Virus record (IMG/VR): IMGVR_UViG_3300028792_000027
Coordinates: 1-56,533 of that record
Length of the DNA: 56,533 nucleotides
Strand: one strand, 5' to 3'
Source: a virus
Taxonomy: Duplodnaviria; Caudoviricetes
In this document: one piece after another, positions 1-9,255 of the stretch
Layout: the number at the start of each line of letters is the position of its first letter
Position numbering within the stretch: the first letter of the stretch is position 1
Program-made: the position numbers and the translations under genes
The notes under the pieces: model-generated
The model's database searches: none
What the model was told of the DNA's origin: nothing
The model's input: only the letters and a program-made list of their open reading frames with translations

Positions 1-19
1 ACTCGTAAGGTGCAGTAGC

Positions 20-40
20 CCGGACGAGCCTGGGGATAGT
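20..40 (+). promoter_or_regulatory. CCGGACG-box promoter (leaderless)
   Basis: CCGGACG-N8-GATAGT-N7-GTG(48). Confidence 0.8.
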
Positions 41-47
41 CCGTCCC

Positions 48-1718
48 GTGCCGAACATAACCGTGATGATGGATAAGAGCATCATCGGCTACGGCTACCA
101 GGGTGAAGTTATCTCCACCCCGTCCACCACGGAGACGGATTACATGCTGTCCGTGGGGGAGATGCACCTCTACGACGGGCCGGTCGCTCCGACGGCGCGG
201 CCGGTGCCTGTGTATTCGGTGAACAGGGTGACGCCGGATTCGTTCGGGGACGTGGAAATCACCATCAGCGGCGGGTCGGGGACGGTCCGGTCGGTGAACG
301 GTTCGCTGCCGGACGGCTCGGGGAATGTGACGGTGACCACGGCGGGTGGTGTGACCGTCGTCGATAACGGGGACGGGACCGCGACGATCACGTCCGACGG
401 CACCGGCGGCGGTGGGGGGTCGGTCGGTGGTGGTGTGACGGTGGTCGATAACGGGGATGGGACGATCAGCATCGTCGCGTCCTCGGGCGGCGGCACCGTC
501 ACCGTCGGAACAACAGCGGGCACGGTCGCTGCGGGTGACGACTCCCGGATTACGGGCGCCGCGCAGAAGGCATCCAACCTCGCCGACCTGGTGAACAAAC
601 CCACCGCGCGCGCGAACCTTGGCCTGGGCGGCGCGGCCACCCTCAACGTAGGCACCACCACAGGCACGGTCGCGGCCGGGAACGACTCCCGCCTGTCGAC
701 GGCGGTGCAAACCGGGTCGGCGGCCGGGGGTGACCTGTCCGGGACGTACCCGAACCCGACGGTCGGGAAGATCCTGGGCGTCGCCGTCACCGGGACGAGC
801 GCGGCGGGGAAAACGATCCTCGGCGTCGACGCGGGGAACGCGGCATGGTCGGCGATCCCCGGCTCAACCCTCGCCTCGACCATCGCGTCCCTGCGGCCTG
901 TGTATCCGACACCCGGCTCCGGCTCGTATTCGTTGGTCTGGTCCGACTCGTTCCCCGTGACCGGTGGGGGTGCGACCGGCCCGATCGACCCGTCCAAGTG
1001 GCAGTTTCAGCAGGGGACGGGCAACGCCTACTTCAACGGCGGGTGGGGCAACACCGAGCTTGAGGTTTACACCACGTCCCGCACCAACACCGAATGCACG
1101 TCCGCTGGTTTGGAGATCCGCCTGCTGAACCAGTCCACCACCGGCTACGACGGCGCCGGGTCCTGGACATCGGGGAAGGTCCTGACTAAGGGCCTGTTCG
1201 CGGCCGCCTATGGCAAGGTGCAGGCTACGATCAAAGTTCCGTACGGGAAGGGGGCGTGGCCCGCGTTCTGGATGCTCGGCGCGGACTACCCCCAATCACA
1301 ATGGCCGAGTTGCGGCGAGATCGACATTATGGAGATCGGGCAGGGGCAGGACTTCTTCACGGTGCATGGGACGGTGCACGGGCCCGGGTACGCCGCGCAG
1401 TGGGGGCCCACCGGGGCGCACACGCACAGTTCGCGGCTCGATGGGGCGTTCCACACGTACAGCGTGGAGTGGCTACCGGACCGGCTTATCTGGTCGTTCG
1501 ACGCCACCCCCTACTTCACGCTCCTCAAGACGGACGTGCCGCAACCGGCGGATTGGGTGTTCGACCACCCCTTCTACATTCTCCTGAACGTCGCGGTCGC
1601 GAACGGCGGGTTCCCCGGCGCCCTCGACGTCGCCTCATTCGCGACCGGCACGTACGGCGGTTTCACCGGCCCCGCAGCGGTCATGCAAGTGCAGAACGTG
1701 TCCGTCTACCAAAAGTAG
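48..1718 (+). CDS. Virion fibre/decoration protein: shared N-terminal domain, fibre repeats, C-terminal GH16 (laminarinase-like) domain
   Basis: GH16 motifs GAWPAFWMLG, WPSCGEIDIME, FHTYSVEW, FDHPFYILLN; NLADL..ARANLGLG and VDNGDGT repeats. Confidence 0.85.
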   Translation: MPNITVMMDKSIIGYGYQGEVISTPSTTETDYMLSVGEMHLYDGPVAPTARPVPVYSVNRVTPDSFGDVEITISGGSGTVRSVNGSLPDGSGNVTVTTAGGVTVVDNGDGTATITSDGTGGGGGSVGGGVTVVDNGDGTISIVASSGGGTVTVGTTAGTVAAGDDSRITGAAQKASNLADLVNKPTARANLGLGGAATLNVGTTTGTVAAGNDSRLSTAVQTGSAAGGDLSGTYPNPTVGKILGVAVTGTSAAGKTILGVDAGNAAWSAIPGSTLASTIASLRPVYPTPGSGSYSLVWSDSFPVTGGGATGPIDPSKWQFQQGTGNAYFNGGWGNTELEVYTTSRTNTECTSAGLEIRLLNQSTTGYDGAGSWTSGKVLTKGLFAAAYGKVQATIKVPYGKGAWPAFWMLGADYPQSQWPSCGEIDIMEIGQGQDFFTVHGTVHGPGYAAQWGPTGAHTHSSRLDGAFHTYSVEWLPDRLIWSFDATPYFTLLKTDVPQPADWVFDHPFYILLNVAVANGGFPGALDVASFATGTYGGFTGPAAVMQVQNVSVYQK

Positions 1719-1723
1719 GAGCC

Positions 1724-1939
1724 ATGGTGCCGATCCGGGTGCGGCGTGGTACCGCCGCCGAGTGGGCCGCGAAGAACCCCGTCCTCGCCGCCGGCGAGTT
1801 GGGGGAGGCGACCGACACCCGCGTCCTGAAGGCCGGTGACGGTGTGACGGCGTGGGTGGACCTGCCCGGCCACGTACCCGGCACCTCCGGCATGACCCTC
1901 GTCGATAACGGGGACGGGACGGTCACCATCAGCGTGTAG
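1724..1939 (+). CDS. Small protein with Mtd_N/hyaluronidase-N-like domain
   Basis: AGGAG RBS, ATG 1724; IRVRRGTAAEWAAKNPVLAAGELGEATDT..KAGDGVTAW. Confidence 0.75.
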   Translation: MVPIRVRRGTAAEWAAKNPVLAAGELGEATDTRVLKAGDGVTAWVDLPGHVPGTSGMTLVDNGDGTVTISV

Positions 1940-1940
1940 C

Positions 1941-1961
1941 CCGGACGCGCCTTCGGAAACT
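1941..1961 (+). promoter_or_regulatory. CCGGACG-box promoter (leaderless)
   Basis: CCGGACG-N8-GAAACT-N7-ATG(1969). Confidence 0.8.
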
Positions 1962-1968
1962 CGTCGGC

Positions 1969-4590
1969 ATGGCGTCCACGAATGTCGCGTCCACCAGCCA
2001 CGCCGGAAGGCACGTCCCGGGCGGCCTCGACCCCGTCACCCCCGCCATGATCGGCGCCGCCCCGACCACCGGAGCCACATTCACCGGCAACGTCATATTC
2101 AAAAACGGGTCACCCTGGGTCGACCCGGTAGCCGACGGCGCCGACCCCACCGGCGCCACCGACTCCGCCCCAGCGTTCCGCACCGCAGCCGCCCGCTGCG
2201 TCACCCTCGGCGCGCCCCTCGTCCCATCCCCCGGCACCTACCTGTTCACCACACTCGACTCCGCATCCCAATGCTTCGTGCCCCTCACCGCCGGCATCCC
2301 CATCCGGGCGCTACTACCAGGCACCGTCACCATCAAAATCGCGGCCACGGTCACGACGTGGACGGCGGTGTTCGGCGTCGCCGTCAACTCCACCCTCGAC
2401 CTGACCGGGCTCGACATCCAAAACCTCACCTTCGAAGGGCAGTCCGGGTCCAACCCCTACCCCGCGTCCGGGGCGCCCTACAGGTACGCCATCAACGCCT
2501 ACAAAGGCGGGCACCTGAACGTGTCCCGCTGCCGATTCCAGAACTGGGACGGCCGGAACCTCGTCATGTTCGACGGCCGAACCAACGGCATCACCGACGT
2601 GCGGGTAGCCGGCAACGACGGGTTCAACATCGGCACCGCCACCGTCTGGCACGACCACTCCAGCATCTACACCGACGCGGCGGGGCAGGACGTGTCGAGC
2701 AACAACCTCCGCGCCACCACCCTGCAAGGCGCCACCGCGCCGTCGAACGCGGTGTGCCCGCTGGAGTTGCACGGCTCCGGCATCGCCTGCCACGACAACG
2801 TCACATGGAACTACCAGTCGGCGGGGAACCTCTGCTCATCCATCCCCGCCGGCCCGACCGGGTTCGACGGCTACTCGTGGACGAACAACAAAAACTTCAA
2901 CGTCGGTCGCGGGTTGAGCATTTGGGCGTTCAACCCCATGTCCGGGGGGCTGGTGGAAGGCAACTACTTCGACCTGAACATTGACCAGTGGCCGACCGCC
3001 GCGACCGGCGGGTTCCCCGGCACCGCCCATTTCGGGTTCAACAAAACATCCACGGACGGCCTCACCGGCCTGCCGTCGACGGGGAACGTCATGCAGCGGT
3101 GGAAGTTCCGCAACAACACCGTGAAGTGGCGTTGGACGTCCGGCGCGCCCGGTTCGGGTGACGTCATGTACCGGTGGGTGGGCGCGGCGGCGGCGGTCAA
3201 CCTGCCGGCGTCGCCGGACACCGACCTTGAGTTCGGCGGCAACACCGTCGTCAACTGCCCATCGACGTACCTGTACCTGTACGGGTTCAACGGCTTGGCG
3301 AGGTGCACCTTCGATGACAAGGTTTATAACCTCGGTGTCGCCCGGCTGGATGCGTACAAGTTTCAGGCGGCGTACTACATCCGCAACGGCACGTCTCTGA
3401 CGTCCTGCCATTTGGGTGGGCAGTTCGTCGACGACTTGTCGTCGGGTGGCACGACGTACCTGACGCGGCTCGTCGCTACGGAGGTCGGCGGTGGGGAGGC
3501 GACGCCGACGTTCACCGACGTGGACATGCTGGATGTGCGGGTGGTGTCGGCGGTGCCGCCGGTGGTGGTGAATTTGCAGGCGGGGCAGTTCGTCGATTTG
3601 CGGGCGCGGGTGGGGGTGTTCACGGCGCCGGGCGCGGGGTCGGTGTTCACGGCCGGGTCTGAGATGGTTGAGACGACGACGGGTGTGGTGTGGCGGCAGA
3701 CGGCGGCGGCGACGGGTAACACGTGGACGCAGGTCGGGGTTGGTGGGCTGCCGCCGGTGGATGTGCAGAAGTTCACCGCCACCGGGACGTGGACGAAGCC
3801 GACGTCGGCGACCCCGAAGGCGGTGCATGTGCGGGTGTGGGCCGGCGGTGGGCAGGGCGGGTCCGGTGCGCGGGAGCCGTCGGGGACGTTGTCGACGGGC
3901 GGCGGCGGCGGCGGCCCGGGGGGGTACACGGACCGTTGGTTCACGGCCGGTGATTTGGCTGCGACGGTGGCGGTGACGGTCGGTGTGGGCGGCGCTACGG
4001 GCGGCGTCGCGGTGTCGACTGATGGGACTGTCGGCGCGGCTGGGCAGGCGGGCGGGTCGTCCATTTTCGGGGCGGCGTCGTCGACCTATTTTTGTGGCGC
4101 GAACGGCGGCGCGGCCGGTGCTGGTGGTACGGCTGCGGGTGCCGCTGCTGGTGGCGCGGCTGGTACGGGCGGGTCCGCGACGGGCGCGGCTGGTGGGGGT
4201 TCGTCCGCGACGGGCGGCGCGGGTACGGCGGGGGGTACGGGCAGCACGGCGGCGCCTACCGGTGGTGGTGGTGGTGGTGGTGTGACGACGGGCGCGGTCG
4301 CGGCGGGCGGGGCGGCTGGTGGGGCGTTGTCCGGCGCTGTCGGTGGCGGCACTGCGGGCGGTGTGGGTGTAGCTGGGGGTGCGGGTTCGGCGTTCCCGGC
4401 GGCCGGTGGCGGTCCGGGTGTCGGCGGCGGCGGCGGTGGTGGGGCGACTGCGGCGGCTGGCGGTGCGGGTGGTGCTGGCGGGGCTTACGGCGCTGGCGGT
4501 GGTGGTGGCGGGGCGTCGTTGAACGGGAACCTGTCGGGTGCGGGCGGTCCGGGCGCGGCGGGGCTGGTGATCGTCGAAACGTACTTCTAA
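1969..4590 (+). CDS. Tailspike-like beta-helix (pectate lyase-like) protein with Gly-rich C-terminal domain
   Basis: GADPTGATDSAPAF..PSPGTY entry motif, Asn-rich helix repeats, then FTATGTWTKP..WAGGGQGG..poly-Gly..GLVIVETYF. Confidence 0.75.
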   Translation: MASTNVASTSHAGRHVPGGLDPVTPAMIGAAPTTGATFTGNVIFKNGSPWVDPVADGADPTGATDSAPAFRTAAARCVTLGAPLVPSPGTYLFTTLDSASQCFVPLTAGIPIRALLPGTVTIKIAATVTTWTAVFGVAVNSTLDLTGLDIQNLTFEGQSGSNPYPASGAPYRYAINAYKGGHLNVSRCRFQNWDGRNLVMFDGRTNGITDVRVAGNDGFNIGTATVWHDHSSIYTDAAGQDVSSNNLRATTLQGATAPSNAVCPLELHGSGIACHDNVTWNYQSAGNLCSSIPAGPTGFDGYSWTNNKNFNVGRGLSIWAFNPMSGGLVEGNYFDLNIDQWPTAATGGFPGTAHFGFNKTSTDGLTGLPSTGNVMQRWKFRNNTVKWRWTSGAPGSGDVMYRWVGAAAAVNLPASPDTDLEFGGNTVVNCPSTYLYLYGFNGLARCTFDDKVYNLGVARLDAYKFQAAYYIRNGTSLTSCHLGGQFVDDLSSGGTTYLTRLVATEVGGGEATPTFTDVDMLDVRVVSAVPPVVVNLQAGQFVDLRARVGVFTAPGAGSVFTAGSEMVETTTGVVWRQTAAATGNTWTQVGVGGLPPVDVQKFTATGTWTKPTSATPKAVHVRVWAGGGQGGSGAREPSGTLSTGGGGGGPGGYTDRWFTAGDLAATVAVTVGVGGATGGVAVSTDGTVGAAGQAGGSSIFGAASSTYFCGANGGAAGAGGTAAGAAAGGAAGTGGSATGAAGGGSSATGGAGTAGGTGSTAAPTGGGGGGGVTTGAVAAGGAAGGALSGAVGGGTAGGVGVAGGAGSAFPAAGGGPGVGGGGGGGATAAAGGAGGAGGAYGAGGGGGGASLNGNLSGAGGPGAAGLVIVETYF

Positions 4591-4594
4591 CCCC

Positions 4595-4615
4595 CCGGAC
4601 GGTTGTTCAGACAAT
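4595..4615 (+). promoter_or_regulatory. CCGGACG-box promoter (leaderless)
   Basis: CCGGACG-N8-GACAAT-N6-ATG(4622). Confidence 0.8.
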
Positions 4616-4621
4616 CGGGGG

Positions 4622-4777
4622 ATGGTGATTCTCGGTATCGTGCTGCTCGTGTTGGGGTTCATCCTGAAACTGGGTCTGCTGCTGGTTGTCGGCGCGGTGG
4701 TGATCGTGGTCGGGGCGGCTCTGCTGGTGGTGGGCGGTTTGGGTCGTGAGTTGGGTGGCCGCCGGTACTGGTACTAG
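4622..4777 (+). CDS. Small two-TM membrane protein (DUF6131-like), absent from ORF track
   Basis: Manual translation MVILGIVLLVLGFILKLGLLLVVGAVVIVVGAALLVVGGLGRELGGRRYWY (51 aa); fills the gap between two promoter boxes. Confidence 0.75.
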   Translation: MVILGIVLLVLGFILKLGLLLVVGAVVIVVGAALLVVGGLGRELGGRRYWY

Positions 4778-4778
4778 C

Positions 4779-4799
4779 CCGGACGCCGCTGGGTAGGTT
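4779..4799 (+). promoter_or_regulatory. CCGGACG-box promoter (leaderless)
   Basis: CCGGACG-N8-TAGGTT-N6-GTG(4806). Confidence 0.8.
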
Positions 4800-4805
4800 C
4801 CGGGC

Positions 4806-7304
4806 GTGACCGCGCTCGTTTCCGCCATCAAATGGGGCGAGTATTACGTCACCCCGAACAATAACTATCCGGTGTTCGCGGCGAGGCAGTACAGCATCGG
4901 CCGGCAGTTCGACATCTCATCATGGTTCATCTCTTTCGATTCAAGCGTTTCGGGGCATGGGGAGTTCACGGCGGCCGCTGGGACGGGGCAGACGCTGCTC
5001 ATCGCGTGGCAGCCGTCCAGGACGGTGGGCCTGAAACTGTCCGACCTGCTCGCGGGGTCGTTTGATACGAAGATCGACGAGTGGTTGACGTGGGCTCTCG
5101 GGCTGACGGTGCCGGTGGTGTTCCGGTGGGGGCACGAAATGAACGGCCAGTTCATGAACTGGAACCCGCTGCACGCGGACAACACTTCGACGATCACCGC
5201 AGTCTCTTCGACGGGTTCGGCGGCGACAACCGTCACCGTATCGGCCGCCACGACGCTCGCGAGCGGGCAGCAGGTTCAGATCCAGGCCGTCGGCGGCGCG
5301 CTCATCAACGGCGCCTACACCGTGACCGTCGTCGACTCGACGCATTTCACGATCCCTGTCGCGAACTCGGCCGCGTGGACGTCGGGCGGCACCGTCCAAT
5401 GGTCCAACACCACCCTCAACGCGGCGCAGTACGTGTCGGCGTTCCAGTACATGGTGACCAAGGCGAGGGCGAAAGCCACCAGCCTCGGCGTCACCAACAA
5501 CGTGAAATGGTTCTGGTGCACCAACCAGAACGACACCGGCACCAACGGCGGTATCCCCCTCGAACAGTTCTACCCCGGCACCACCTGGGTCGATTACGTC
5601 GGCTACGACTCCTACAACACCCTCAACGGCTCGTACATGACGCCGCTGCAAACCCTGCAAGGCCACACCAACTCCACCCAGGCCGACACGTACACGCGGG
5701 TGACGGCGTTGCATCCGACGGCGCCGGTGTGGATCGGGGAGTTCGGGTGCGTCGACTTGAACGACCCGAAGGACACCACGCATACCGCCACGGGCCACAG
5801 CAAGGCGCAGTGGTACACGGACCTGTTCGCGATAGACCTCACGGCGATCCCGCGTCTGGGTGGGGCGTGCTGGTTCGACACGAACGGTTCCCGGAATTGG
5901 TTGCATGACACGACCACCGGCGCGTGGAACGCGTTCGTCAGTACAACGACGGGGTTCCTGCAAGGTAGCTACACGGTCGCTCAGCCTCCGGTGCCGATCG
6001 GTGGGCAGGCGCCGCCGTGGACGGGGTACGACCTGCCCGGCCCCGAAACGCACGTCTTCTCCCCCGACCCGGCGACGCGGGATCATCCGCGTGAGCACAA
6101 CGCGATCTGGCACTGGCTGAACCAGATCGTGACGAAAGTCAACGGCTGGACGAGCCTGGTGGGGAACTCGGACGGGTCAGCCCCCGCACTCAAGGGCGTC
6201 GTGTCCGCGCTCGGCACGGCCGCGACCGGCATCCTCCGCCTCGAAGTTCCCCTGACCGGGGTGAAACGCGCGATCAGTGTCGCTATCAGCGGTGACGCGA
6301 ACGACCGTTTCGGTGTCGACGCGGACGGGAAGGTGCAGTGGGGGCCCGGCGGCGCGACCCCTGTGGACGTGAACCTGTACCGGGGCGGGGTGTCCACCCT
6401 CGCGACCGATTCCGCGTTCACCCTCGGGACTCGCGCTTTGACGGCTCCGGCGTTCACGGCGACGGTGGACACGGTCCTCAACTCGACCGTCGCGCCCGCG
6501 AAACCAACAGCTGGTGCGGGGGTGACCCGGTACGCGTTGGCTGATGCTTCGTACGTTGGGCAGGCGGGGAAGGCGTGGATGCAGAGGCCGCGCGCGGATG
6601 ACGTGAACGTCCGGTTCTGCACGTTCGACCCCGCCCTAGCCACCGGGACAGTGTCGTTGACGGCGGGGGTGCTGTACCTCGCGAAAGTATGGGTCGGCGA
6701 AAGCAGGCTAGTAGCCTCGTGCGGCTGTAACGTCGCCACCGCCGGGGTGGGCCTGTCCAACACGTTCTGTGGGGCGTTCGACGCGGGCGGTGCGCTGCTC
6801 GGCAGCAGCCTGGACTTGTCGGTGTCGTGGCAGTCGACGGGCCAGAAACTGAACGACCTCACGGTAGCGACTATTAGCGGGGTCAGCACCGCGAACCCCA
6901 CCGTCGTGACCACAGCGGCCGCGCACGGCCTGACCACCGGCAACCAAGTCACCATCACAGGCATCGTCGGCGCTACCCAGGCCAACGGCACGTGGGCTGT
7001 CACCGTCACCGACGCGACCCATTTCACGGTCCCCGTGAACGTCACCGGCACCTACGCCTCGGGCGGCAAAGTGTATCTCGCGTCGTTGAATGTGGCGCCC
7101 AACTTCTTCTGGGCAGGGTTCCTCATCGGCGCGGCAACAACCATGCCGACGTTCTCCGGGGTCACCGGTTTGCCGAACTGGAACCTGATCAACACCACCG
7201 GCAGGAGCGTGCAGTACGGCTCCGGCCTCACCGCCCTACCGGGCTCGGTGCCGTTCGGGTCGGCGTCGACGCAGACGAAACTGATGCTCGCCGACCTGTA
7301 CTGA
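4806..7304 (+). CDS. GH26 (mannanase-like) virion-associated protein with two inserted beta-domains and a fibre-type C-terminus
   Basis: FRWGHEMNG, YPGTTWVDYVGYDSYN, PVWIGEFG catalytic motifs. Confidence 0.8.
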   Translation: MTALVSAIKWGEYYVTPNNNYPVFAARQYSIGRQFDISSWFISFDSSVSGHGEFTAAAGTGQTLLIAWQPSRTVGLKLSDLLAGSFDTKIDEWLTWALGLTVPVVFRWGHEMNGQFMNWNPLHADNTSTITAVSSTGSAATTVTVSAATTLASGQQVQIQAVGGALINGAYTVTVVDSTHFTIPVANSAAWTSGGTVQWSNTTLNAAQYVSAFQYMVTKARAKATSLGVTNNVKWFWCTNQNDTGTNGGIPLEQFYPGTTWVDYVGYDSYNTLNGSYMTPLQTLQGHTNSTQADTYTRVTALHPTAPVWIGEFGCVDLNDPKDTTHTATGHSKAQWYTDLFAIDLTAIPRLGGACWFDTNGSRNWLHDTTTGAWNAFVSTTTGFLQGSYTVAQPPVPIGGQAPPWTGYDLPGPETHVFSPDPATRDHPREHNAIWHWLNQIVTKVNGWTSLVGNSDGSAPALKGVVSALGTAATGILRLEVPLTGVKRAISVAISGDANDRFGVDADGKVQWGPGGATPVDVNLYRGGVSTLATDSAFTLGTRALTAPAFTATVDTVLNSTVAPAKPTAGAGVTRYALADASYVGQAGKAWMQRPRADDVNVRFCTFDPALATGTVSLTAGVLYLAKVWVGESRLVASCGCNVATAGVGLSNTFCGAFDAGGALLGSSLDLSVSWQSTGQKLNDLTVATISGVSTANPTVVTTAAAHGLTTGNQVTITGIVGATQANGTWAVTVTDATHFTVPVNVTGTYASGGKVYLASLNVAPNFFWAGFLIGAATTMPTFSGVTGLPNWNLINTTGRSVQYGSGLTALPGSVPFGSASTQTKLMLADLY

Positions 7305-7317
7305 CAGGCCAGTGAAG

Positions 7318-7392
7318 TACAATAAGGGGTATGAAAACCCCCGCGACGGCTGACACCGTCCGGGGGCGTGACCGACTGTGAAGGAGCCGGTA
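7318..7392 (+). promoter_or_regulatory. -10 box (TACAAT) and structured leader with uORF
   Basis: TACAAT 7318-7323; ATG 7331 uORF to 7381; hairpin CCCCCGCGACGG/CCGTCCGGGGG; AAGGAG RBS. Confidence 0.55.
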
Positions 7393-8895
7393 GTGAACGA
7401 GTTTACCCCCGCGTACCGGGACGAGTCGGTGACCGTGTATGAGGGTGACTGCCTTGACGTGATGCGGGGCATGCCTGACTGTTCGGTGGATTCGGTGGTG
7501 ACCGACCCGCCATATTCGTATGCGTTCATGGGTAAAAATTGGGATAGCCACGAGTCGCCGCGCGCGTTCCAGGCGTGGTGCGAGTCGTGGGCTCGCGAGT
7601 GTCTGCGGGTGTTGAAGCCGGGCGGTTTCCTCGCTGCGTTCGGGGGTACCCGGACGTTTCACAGGTTGGCGTGCGGGGTGGAGGACGCGGGGTTCGAGGT
7701 TCGGGATTCGATCGGGCACGGCTCGTCGCTGCTGGCGTGGGTCCAAGGGCAAGGTTTTCCGAAGAGTCGGGACGTCGGTAAAGCGATCGACCGCGCCCGA
7801 GATGACTCTGCGGCGATCACGGCAGTTACGTCTGCGATGGCAGACGCCGCTGACCGTGCCGGGATTACTCGCGCGGAACTCGACGCACATATGGGAACTA
7901 GTGATATGGGCGGTTGGTGGCTGTCCCGGTTGCCGCACCGATCAGCGTGCCCACGGTGGGATCAGTGGCTTGTCATCAAGGACTACCTTCGGATGTCTGA
8001 CGATCTTGATGCCGAGGTGTGGCGCCTCAATGGTCGGAAGGGTAAGCCCGGTGACAACTGGGACAGCCGCGAGGTCATCGGTGTGCGTACGACCGGGATA
8101 GGCACAGGTGGGGGCGCGGTCCCGTATATCGCAGACAGCGAGAATCGCGACGTGACCGCTCCCGCGACGCCCGAGGCGAAACAATGGGCTGGGTTCGGTA
8201 CGGCTCTTCGCCCGAGTTGGGAGCCGATCGTGGTGGCCCGTAAACCAATCCGGGGCACGGTGGCGTCGAATGTGGTCACGTGGGGTACGGGTGCGCTGAA
8301 CATAGACGCCTGCCGGGTCGCGGGTGAGCGTGTCAGCACAACGCGGACTACCGCGCTCGGTGTCATGAATGATGACGGATGGGTTCCTACGCCTGCCGTT
8401 TTCGAGTCCCACCCTGCGGGTCGTTGGCCTGCGAATGTGGTGTTGGATGAGTCGGCCGCTGCCGAACTAGACCGGCAAAGCGGGGTGACGACATCTGGTG
8501 CGCTTCGTCCTTACAAAGAGCAGCATACCGTCGCATCCTCGTATCGTATGGACAGAGACAAGACTTACACGAGTGATGCGAATAGCGGCGGCGCGTCCCG
8601 GTTCTTCCCCGTATTCAAATACGAACCGAAAGCCCCCACAGCGGAACGCCCCAAACTCCCCGACGGCACCGCACACCCCACCGTGAAACCCCGCGACCTC
8701 ATAGCTTGGCTCGCCCGCCTCTTCACCCCACCCGGCGGGCTCATCCTCGACCCGTTCGCGGGCACGGGCACGACCGGTGAGGCGGCGGTGATGGAAGGGT
8801 TCCGTGCGGTGCTGATCGAACGTGACCCGAAATCGGTTGAGATGATCCGGGTGCGTCTACGGCGACCGATTCAGGCCGCGATGTTCGGCGCCTAA
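7393..8895 (+). CDS. N4-cytosine/N6-adenine DNA methyltransferase (beta class)
   Basis: GDCLDVM, VVTDPPY, HPTVKP, ILDPFAGTGTT; start placed at GTG 7393 after AAGGAG. Confidence 0.9.
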   Translation: MNEFTPAYRDESVTVYEGDCLDVMRGMPDCSVDSVVTDPPYSYAFMGKNWDSHESPRAFQAWCESWARECLRVLKPGGFLAAFGGTRTFHRLACGVEDAGFEVRDSIGHGSSLLAWVQGQGFPKSRDVGKAIDRARDDSAAITAVTSAMADAADRAGITRAELDAHMGTSDMGGWWLSRLPHRSACPRWDQWLVIKDYLRMSDDLDAEVWRLNGRKGKPGDNWDSREVIGVRTTGIGTGGGAVPYIADSENRDVTAPATPEAKQWAGFGTALRPSWEPIVVARKPIRGTVASNVVTWGTGALNIDACRVAGERVSTTRTTALGVMNDDGWVPTPAVFESHPAGRWPANVVLDESAAAELDRQSGVTTSGALRPYKEQHTVASSYRMDRDKTYTSDANSGGASRFFPVFKYEPKAPTAERPKLPDGTAHPTVKPRDLIAWLARLFTPPGGLILDPFAGTGTTGEAAVMEGFRAVLIERDPKSVEMIRVRLRRPIQAAMFGA

Positions 8896-8898
8896 CCC

Positions 8899-8919
8899 CC
8901 GGACGGTGTTGGGGATGAT
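8899..8919 (+). promoter_or_regulatory. CCGGACG-box promoter (leaderless)
   Basis: CCGGACG-N8-GATGAT-N6-GTG(8926). Confidence 0.75.
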
Positions 8920-8925
8920 GAGGGT

Positions 8926-9255
8926 GTGCCGGTCCGGTCCGAATGGCTGCTAGTGGTTCTGACTGTTCTCGCTGTGGCCCGGTTGACGCATTTGGTGACT
9001 ACGGACTATTTGACGCAGCCGTTCCGGTTGTGGGCGCACCGCCACGCACCCGAAAAGGTGGCGTACCTCGTCACGTGCCCGTGGTGCTTATCGCTGCATT
9101 GGGCGGCGGTAGTGGCCCCGGTGGTGTGGCTGTGGCCGCACTCGTGGTGGACGCAGGTTCCTTTGTTGGCCCTCACCGCGTCTTATGTGACGGGGATGGC
9201 GGAGCAACTGTCGGGGCTGGTGAACGCCGAGCATGAGCAGGCGACGGAAGAGTGA
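8926..9255 (+). CDS. DUF1360-like membrane protein
   Basis: LAVARLTHLVTTDYLTQPFR..YLVTCPWCLS motif, hydrophobic segments. Confidence 0.75.
   Translation: MPVRSEWLLVVLTVLAVARLTHLVTTDYLTQPFRLWAHRHAPEKVAYLVTCPWCLSLHWAAVVAPVVWLWPHSWWTQVPLLALTASYVTGMAEQLSGLVNAEHEQATEE

Noticed and set aside
1724-1939. Diversity-generating retroelement suggested by Mtd_N domains
   Set aside because: No reverse transcriptase or adenine-specific TR/VR pair seen in the window
4261-4281. (GGT)7 microsatellite / G-quadruplex
   Set aside because: Explained by poly-Gly coding
2836-4662. Long antisense ORFs (also 29235..30545 beyond 29612, 36769..38073 and others)
   Set aside because: Shadow ORFs typical of high-GC coding DNA; no motifs or expression signals
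7357-7363. Minus-strand CCGGACG near the methyltransferase leader
   Set aside because: No matching hexamer or start codon; part of the leader hairpin
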